Shown in pieces: positions 57,966 through 64,000 of a DNA stretch of 64,000 nucleotides (positions within the stretch are counted from its first letter, which is position 1; every line of letters starts with the position of its first letter). A program made the translations under genes and the position numbers. The stretch is taken from assembly GCA_965248435.1 (NCBI GenBank), contig OZ252100.1:2560001-2624000 (forward strand), in the 5' to 3' direction. The DNA comes from Candidatus Latescibacterota bacterium. Lineage in GTDB: Bacteria > Latescibacterota > UBA2968 > GCA-2709665. The notes under the pieces are model-generated. The model made no database searches and was not told where the DNA came from. It saw only the letters and a list, made by a program, of their open reading frames with translations.

Positions 57966-58349
57966 GTGATTAGCGCCATCGGAATAGACCTCATAGAAAT
58001 CGATCGAATCCAGGCGGCGGTTACCCGATGGGGAGATCGGTTCTTAAACCGGGTTTATACCCCGGCCGAAGTTGCTTACTGCTTCAGAAAAGGTGAAAAC
58101 TACCCCTCTCTGGCCGCCCGATTTGCCGCCAAAGAGGCCGCGATGAAGGCTCTGGGCACAGGTTGGAAGCGAGGGGTGCGCTGGGTGGATCTCGAAGTGA
58201 CGCGTAAACCGGGTTCCGCGCCGCAGATGGTTCTGCACGGTCGGTCCGGTGAACTGGCTGCGGGGCGCCGTTTCCTGGTGAGCCTCACGCATACCGATAC
58301 GCAGGCCATTGCTGTCGTGATCGCCGAGGCACCCGAGTCCGGGGTCTGA
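57966..58349 (+). CDS. acpS: Holo-ACP synthase
   Basis: IGIDLIEIDRI, ARFAAKEAAMKALGTG, VSLTH. Confidence 0.95.
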   Translation: MISAIGIDLIEIDRIQAAVTRWGDRFLNRVYTPAEVAYCFRKGENYPSLAARFAAKEAAMKALGTGWKRGVRWVDLEVTRKPGSAPQMVLHGRSGELAAGRRFLVSLTHTDTQAIAVVIAEAPESGV

Positions 58350-58351
58350 AT

Positions 58352-59956
58352 GTGCGGCTGGCCCACACCAAGCTGGTAACCTCTTCGCAGATGGCCCGGA
58401 TCGACAAAAGGGCCATAGCCGGCGGCATTCCTGGAAAAGATTTGATGGAGGCGGCGGGTTGCGGTGTCACCCGCGTCGTTACGTCCCTCCTCGGAGATCT
58501 CCAGAACAAGAACCTGATCCTCCTCTGCGGCAAGGGTAACAACGGAGGAGACGGATTTGTCGTTGCACGTCTAGCGTCAAGCGCAGGGGCGAGCCCTCAA
58601 GTCTTCCTCGCCGCCTCCGAAGACGAGATCACCGGCGACGCCCGGATTCATCTGGATAAAACGAGGGACTGCGGCATCCAGATCACGGAGGTGCGCGAAA
58701 GGGCCGACCTGAAACAGGTCGAGCAGGCCGTTTCAAGCGGCCACGCGGTCGTCGATGCACTCTTGGGGACGGGAATACGGGGCGGTGCGAAAGGCCTGAC
58801 CGCAGACCTCATCGAGATGTTGAGTCGGGCAGCCTGTCCGATCGTCGCCGTAGACGTGCCCTCGGGCCTCAGCGCCGACACAGGTCGGGCCGAAGGTGCC
58901 TGCACGCAGGCCACCTGCACGGTCACGTTCGGGCTCCCTAAGATCGGGCAGTTCTTCCATCCCGGTCGAGGCCTTTCGGGGCGGCTCAACCTGGTAGACA
59001 TCGGTCTTGAGCCATCCGCGGTTGAGGCTGAAGACGTTAAGACGTATCTTTTAGAAGATCGGCTCGCCTCGGAGCTTCTTCCTGCGAGGAAGCCGGACGC
59101 GCACAAGGGTAGCTGTGGTCGTGTCGTCATCGTCGGCGGTTCAGTCGGCCTCACGGGCGCCCCGACACTCTCGGCGATGGCCGCCCTCAAGTCGGGGGCC
59201 GGCCTGGTCACAGTCGGCGCACCCGAAAGCCTCAACGATATCTTAGAAGTAAAACTCACGGAGGCGATGACGCGTCCCCTCCCGGAGGTCCGGAGAACCA
59301 GGTGCCTGGCCCTCCGTGCGCGGGGCGAGATCAAGAAACTCCTTGAAGGCGCCGACGCCCTGGCCCTGGGTCCCGGGCTCGGCACGCATCGTGAAACCGT
59401 CGAACTTGTCAAACGTCTGATCCCGAACGTTGAAATCCCGATCGTGCTGGACGCAGACGGTTTGAACGCCCTGGCTGGAGATCCCGGTCATCTGAAAACC
59501 CTGACCTCGCCCGCGGTTATCACACCCCATCCAGGTGAATTCAGTCGGCTGACCGGAACTGAGGTTTCGAAGGTCCTGGTAGATCCGATAGAGGCGGCGA
59601 GCGGTCTCGCACAATCTACCGGGGTAACGGTCGTGTTGAAAGGGGCACCGACCGTTGTGGCCACACCCGACGGGAAATCGTTCGTCAATTCGAGTGGAAA
59701 CGCGGGGATGGCCACAGGCGGCTCCGGAGATGTCTTGACAGGCGTGATCGCTGCGCTGCTCGGCCAGGGCCTGGTGCCGGAGGAAGCGGCCTGTCTGGGT
59801 GTCTATCTTCACGGTCTAGCGGGAGATCTGGGTGCCGAGAAGGTTGGCGAGGCAGGCCTGGTCGCTCGCGATATCGTTGAATCGCTGCCTCGAGCCGAGC
59901 AGCAGATTCGAAGCGGGAATGACAGCGGCCGCTACATTCAGTATGTTTCAACCTGA
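58352..59956 (+). CDS. nnr: Bifunctional NAD(P)HX epimerase/dehydratase
   Basis: LMEAAG, GKGNNGGDG, DALLGTG, HKG..G, DADGL, TPHPGE, ATGGSGDVL. Confidence 0.95.
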   Translation: MRLAHTKLVTSSQMARIDKRAIAGGIPGKDLMEAAGCGVTRVVTSLLGDLQNKNLILLCGKGNNGGDGFVVARLASSAGASPQVFLAASEDEITGDARIHLDKTRDCGIQITEVRERADLKQVEQAVSSGHAVVDALLGTGIRGGAKGLTADLIEMLSRAACPIVAVDVPSGLSADTGRAEGACTQATCTVTFGLPKIGQFFHPGRGLSGRLNLVDIGLEPSAVEAEDVKTYLLEDRLASELLPARKPDAHKGSCGRVVIVGGSVGLTGAPTLSAMAALKSGAGLVTVGAPESLNDILEVKLTEAMTRPLPEVRRTRCLALRARGEIKKLLEGADALALGPGLGTHRETVELVKRLIPNVEIPIVLDADGLNALAGDPGHLKTLTSPAVITPHPGEFSRLTGTEVSKVLVDPIEAASGLAQSTGVTVVLKGAPTVVATPDGKSFVNSSGNAGMATGGSGDVLTGVIAALLGQGLVPEEAACLGVYLHGLAGDLGAEKVGEAGLVARDIVESLPRAEQQIRSGNDSGRYIQYVST

Positions 59957-59978
59957 CTAAACTGAGAAGGTTGAGGGA

Positions 59979-60497
59979 ATGCCGAACATCCGAGAAAGCA
60001 TAGATGAGATGATCGAGGAGTCCTATCTCCTCGGGCTGAGCGAGAGTGAGATCAAGGCCGATCTGGACCGCTTTGTGGAGATCTGCGGCCGCGTGATCCA
60101 CGAAAACATCGACGATCGAAAGCAGATGCAGGTTTTGGCCGAGAAACTGGCCAGGGCCAGGGCTCTCGGCCTGATCGAGGATAACAGCGAAGGCGAGGAA
60201 GAGGAACCTATACCCGTAGAAGGCACCGTAAAATCGTCCCGCCAGAAGTTTGCTCAGAAAGTCGCCCGAAACAAACGCCTGATCCTTCGGACGATTAGAG
60301 ACTGCGACCCGAAACTCGAGCGGCTCATCGAACAGCAGCGATTTCCAGACGGGACCAAACGTGAACTCGCTCAGGCGCTTCCCATTAAGATGGCATCCCG
60401 AAGCCGGGTCAAAGATCTCCTCATGAAGACCTGCTACGCGGTCACGCTGCTCCTTGTGCTGTTGCTGGTCTACCTTGTCCTCCTGCAGAACATATGA
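59979..60497 (+). CDS. Hypothetical protein with C-terminal membrane anchor
   Basis: GAGGG RBS; hydrophobic C-terminus. Confidence 0.65.
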   Translation: MPNIRESIDEMIEESYLLGLSESEIKADLDRFVEICGRVIHENIDDRKQMQVLAEKLARARALGLIEDNSEGEEEEPIPVEGTVKSSRQKFAQKVARNKRLILRTIRDCDPKLERLIEQQRFPDGTKRELAQALPIKMASRSRVKDLLMKTCYAVTLLLVLLLVYLVLLQNI

Positions 60498-60677
60498 TCG
60501 GGAAGCCCCGACAAACCGTTTCCGCCATTCGCCTGCGGTCACCCCGAAGGGTCGCAGGCTTTTTTGTGGCTGCCCAGAGGATCAGACCGCAGACCGTAGA
60601 CGGCGGGATGAATAGCTTGATTTTTTCGATTTGAGTCGTCCGCGGTCATAGATAGCTTCATCTTAGGTCACAGCCGC

Positions 60678-62126
60678 TTGCCAAAACGCACCGACATAGA
60701 AAAGGTCATGCTCATCGGCTCGGGCCCGATCGTCATCGGTCAGGCGTGCGAGTTCGATTACTCCGGGACACAGGCCTGTAAAGCCCTCAAAGAGGAGGGT
60801 TATTCCCTGGTCCTGGTCAACAGCAATCCCGCCACGATCATGACCGACCCGGAGATGGCCGATCACACCTACGTGGAACCGGTCACGCCCGAGGTCTGCG
60901 CGGCCGTGATCGAGCGGGAAAAACCGGATGCCCTGCTCCCCACACTGGGTGGGCAGACCGGCCTGAACGTGGCGATGGACCTCCATCGGCAGGGCGTTCT
61001 GAAGCAGTTCGACGTAGAGTTGATCGGGGCGAATGCCGAGGCCATCGAGAAAGCCGAAAACCGGGAGCGCTTTCAGGAGGCCATGGCGAGCATCGGCCTG
61101 GACCTGCCCCAGGGGGGATTCGCACACACGCTGGATGAGGCGCTGGAGGTCGTGTCGAAAATCGGTTATCCCGCAATCATCCGTCCCTCCTACACCCTGG
61201 GCGGAACCGGTGCAGGCACGGCATACAACGCCGAAGAGTTCGAGACCGTCGCGTCCAACGGACTCGACCTCTCACCCACCAGCGAGATCCTCATAGAAGA
61301 GTCTGTTATAGGTTGGAAGGAGTTCGAACTGGAAGTGATGCGCGACCTGAACGACAACGTCGTCATCATCTGTTCGATCGAAAATTTCGATCCGATGGGA
61401 ATTCATACCGGCGACTCCGTTACCGTGGCTCCGGCGCAGACGCTGACGGACAAGGAGTATCAGTTGATGCGAAACGCGTCCATCGACGTGATCCGGGAAA
61501 TCGGTGTCGAGACCGGGGGATCCAACATTCAGTTCGCCGTGGATCCTGAAACGGGGCGTATGGTCATCATCGAAATGAACCCTCGTGTTTCCCGAAGTTC
61601 GGCGCTGGCCTCAAAGGCCACAGGATTTCCAATCGCGAAGATCGCGGCAAAGCTCGCGATCGGCTACACACTGGATGAAATCCGAAACGACATCACGCAA
61701 GAGACGCCTGCCTCTTTCGAACCCACGATCGACTACTGCGTTGTCAAGATCCCTCGATGGACGTTCGAAAAGTTTCCGCAGGCAGACGATCTGCTCGGAA
61801 CCCAGATGAAGTCGGTAGGAGAAACGATGGCCATCGGGCGGACCTTCAAGGAGGCCCTGCAGAAGGGATTCAGGTCGCTCGAAATCGGGCGCGCGGGTTT
61901 CGGGGCAGATGGCAAAGACCTGGATATCGCCGAGCAGGATCCGTCGGAGTTGAGGCACCAGCTCAGGAAGCCCAGCTCTCAGCGACTGTTTTACATCCGA
62001 TCGGCCTTCATCGCGGGGTTGTCGACGTCTGATATTCACGAATTGACGCACATCGATCCCTGGTTCTTGGAAAATATACGAGAGCTCATAGAAGTCGAGA
62101 AGGAACTGGCAGGTTTGGTGAGTTGA
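60678..62126 (+). CDS. carB: Carbamoyl-phosphate synthase large subunit, N-terminal section
   Basis: [43 protein letters not shown]; stops at residue 482. Confidence 0.93.
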   Translation: MPKRTDIEKVMLIGSGPIVIGQACEFDYSGTQACKALKEEGYSLVLVNSNPATIMTDPEMADHTYVEPVTPEVCAAVIEREKPDALLPTLGGQTGLNVAMDLHRQGVLKQFDVELIGANAEAIEKAENRERFQEAMASIGLDLPQGGFAHTLDEALEVVSKIGYPAIIRPSYTLGGTGAGTAYNAEEFETVASNGLDLSPTSEILIEESVIGWKEFELEVMRDLNDNVVIICSIENFDPMGIHTGDSVTVAPAQTLTDKEYQLMRNASIDVIREIGVETGGSNIQFAVDPETGRMVIIEMNPRVSRSSALASKATGFPIAKIAAKLAIGYTLDEIRNDITQETPASFEPTIDYCVVKIPRWTFEKFPQADDLLGTQMKSVGETMAIGRTFKEALQKGFRSLEIGRAGFGADGKDLDIAEQDPSELRHQLRKPSSQRLFYIRSAFIAGLSTSDIHELTHIDPWFLENIRELIEVEKELAGLVS

Positions 62127-62273
62127 GGTCCACCGATGAAGATCACTTGAGGTCCCCGATCCTTCAGCGAGTCGAAAGTTGTCATCTTTTATCTTGACGC
62201 CCGAAAACGATCCCCCGTTCTGAGATAACGAATCAACCCGTCTGCCACGCCACACTGCACCCCTAGATCCAAA

Positions 62274-64000
62274 ATGAAAAGACACAACACGCTGAATGAC
62301 CTTAGAGCCCGAATCAGCAGGGACGCTCTGTTCAGGAGCAAGCAGTACGGCTTCAGCGACCGCCAGCTCGCCCACCTCTGGAAGAGCGACGAATGGACCG
62401 TGAGGGCGCTGAGGAAGGAACTTGGCGTCATTCCGACGTTCAAGACGGTGGATACATGTGCGGCGGAGTTCGAGGCCTATACCCCCTACCACTATTCGAC
62501 CTACGAGTCTGAATGCGAGGCGGTCAGGTCCGACCGGAAGAAGATTATGATCCTGGGCGGCGGACCAAACCGGATCGGGCAGGGAATCGAGTTTGACTAC
62601 TGCTGTGTCCACGCCGCTTTCGCCCTGAAGGAGGACGGGTTCGAAACCATCATGGTCAACTCGAATCCTGAAACAGTCAGCACCGACTACGACACTTCAG
62701 ACAAACTCTACTTTGAGCCCTTGACCGCAGAAGACGTCCTCAACATCGCGGATGTGGAGAATCCGGACGGCGCGATCGTCCAGTTCGGTGGACAGACGCC
62801 CCTGAATCTCGCCAACGATCTTGAAAAAGGCGGTCTCAAGATCATAGGAACCTCTCCAGAAAACATCGATCTCGCGGAAGACCGGGAGCGGTTCGGCGCC
62901 CTCATCAAGAAACTTGGCCTGCGACAGCCGGAAAACGGAACCGCGACGAGTGCGGATCAGGCCGTGGCCGTGGCAGAATCTATCGGGTATCCGGTGCTCG
63001 TACGCCCCTCCTATGTGCTTGGGGGGCGGGCCATGGTCATCGTATACGAAACCGAGGCGCTCTTGAGCTACATGGAAAAGGCGATTCAGTCTTCGCCGGA
63101 ACACCCGGTTCTCATCGACCGCTTCCTGGAAGATGCCCAGGAGTTCGACGTCGATGCCGTATGCGATCCCTCCGCAGTGATCATCGGCGGGATCATGCAA
63201 CACATCGAGAGTGCCGGCATCCACTCCGGCGACAGCGCGTGTGTGCTCCCGCCATACATGATTTCCGATGAAAATCTCGAGGAACTCAGGAAACACACCC
63301 ATGCCCTCGCGCGCGCCCTTCAGGTCGTTGGCCTGATGAACGTCCAATACGCGATTCAGGATGAGGAGGTCTACGTCCTCGAAGTCAACCCAAGGGCCTC
63401 ACGCACCGTTCCCTTCGTCAGCAAGACCATCGGGATCCCACTCGCAAAGGTCGCAGCACGAGCGATGGTCGGGAAGACGCTCGAGGAACAGGAGATTCCC
63501 CACCACGTCGCCATCGAACACATCGCGGTCAAGGAAGCGGTGCTGCCATTCATCAAATTTCCTGGCGTGGATACGCTCCTCGGTCCTGAAATGAAGTCGA
63601 CGGGCGAAGTCATGGGCATCGATACCGACTTCGGACTCAGCTTCTGTAAAGCACAGCTTGGCGCAGGCGTTCGATTGCCTGATTCGGGAACTGTGTTCGT
63701 CAGCGTAAACGATCGAGATAAGCCGGCCGTGGTGCCCGTGGCGCAGCGCCTGGTGGATCTTGGATTTCACATCCTCGCGACGCAGGGTACGCAGAAATTC
63801 CTGGCCGGCCAGGGGATCCAGGCCGAACATGTCTTCAAGATACAAGAAGGACGCCCTCACGTCGTGGATGCCATCAAGAACAAAGGCATCGACCTGATGG
63901 TCAACACCCCAGCCGGGGAGAAGTCTCATGCCTACGACTTCCAGATTCGGCGGGCTGCCGTTCAGTACGACATCCCCTACACGACAACCCTCTCGGGCGC
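62274..64000 (+). CDS. carB: Carbamoyl-phosphate synthase large subunit, C-terminal section (runs off window)
   Basis: Manual translation [46 protein letters not shown]; open to the window end. Confidence 0.93.
   Translation, partial: MKRHNTLNDLRARISRDALFRSKQYGFSDRQLAHLWKSDEWTVRALRKELGVIPTFKTVDTCAAEFEAYTPYHYSTYESECEAVRSDRKKIMILGGGPNRIGQGIEFDYCCVHAAFALKEDGFETIMVNSNPETVSTDYDTSDKLYFEPLTAEDVLNIADVENPDGAIVQFGGQTPLNLANDLEKGGLKIIGTSPENIDLAEDRERFGALIKKLGLRQPENGTATSADQAVAVAESIGYPVLVRPSYVLGGRAMVIVYETEALLSYMEKAIQSSPEHPVLIDRFLEDAQEFDVDAVCDPSAVIIGGIMQHIESAGIHSGDSACVLPPYMISDENLEELRKHTHALARALQVVGLMNVQYAIQDEEVYVLEVNPRASRTVPFVSKTIGIPLAKVAARAMVGKTLEEQEIPHHVAIEHIAVKEAVLPFIKFPGVDTLLGPEMKSTGEVMGIDTDFGLSFCKAQLGAGVRLPDSGTVFVSVNDRDKPAVVPVAQRLVDLGFHILATQGTQKFLAGQGIQAEHVFKIQEGRPHVVDAIKNKGIDLMVNTPAGEKSHAYDFQIRRAAVQYDIPYTTTLSG

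Noticed and set aside
62124-62228. Selenocysteine or simple stop readthrough joining the carB halves
   Set aside because: Three in-frame stops including TAA, and the spacer translation is not CarB-like

Overview
GC-rich bacterial chromosome segment. A dockerin-like C-terminal tag, PhyH and hydrolase expansions and the intergenic repeat style suggest a Latescibacterota-like lineage (inference only). The left ~35 kb is accessory DNA. It holds a hydantoinase/oxoprolinase cluster with two B subunits and an unusual homocysteine-S-methyltransferase/SAM-methyltransferase fusion. Next come segments separated by related GGSTTRC-N11/12-GYAASCC palindromes, three of them followed by exact or decayed copies of the 3' half of tRNA-Pro(TGG), which looks like a tandem, integrase-less island array. 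The youngest island (24718-34859, 43-bp att duplication) carries a TIGR04222 membrane protein with a Gly/Cys tail, a frameshifted DUF692 (MNIO) and its partner, tctCAB, a Ser/Thr kinase-ECF sigma pair and a beta-decarboxylating dehydrogenase. The middle has four tandem M19 dipeptidase paralogs and assorted enzymes. The right end is housekeeping: glnS, tRNA-Gln, gltX, two tRNA-Ser, acpS, nnr and a carB split into two same-frame ORFs. All calls come from motif recognition; no searches were run.
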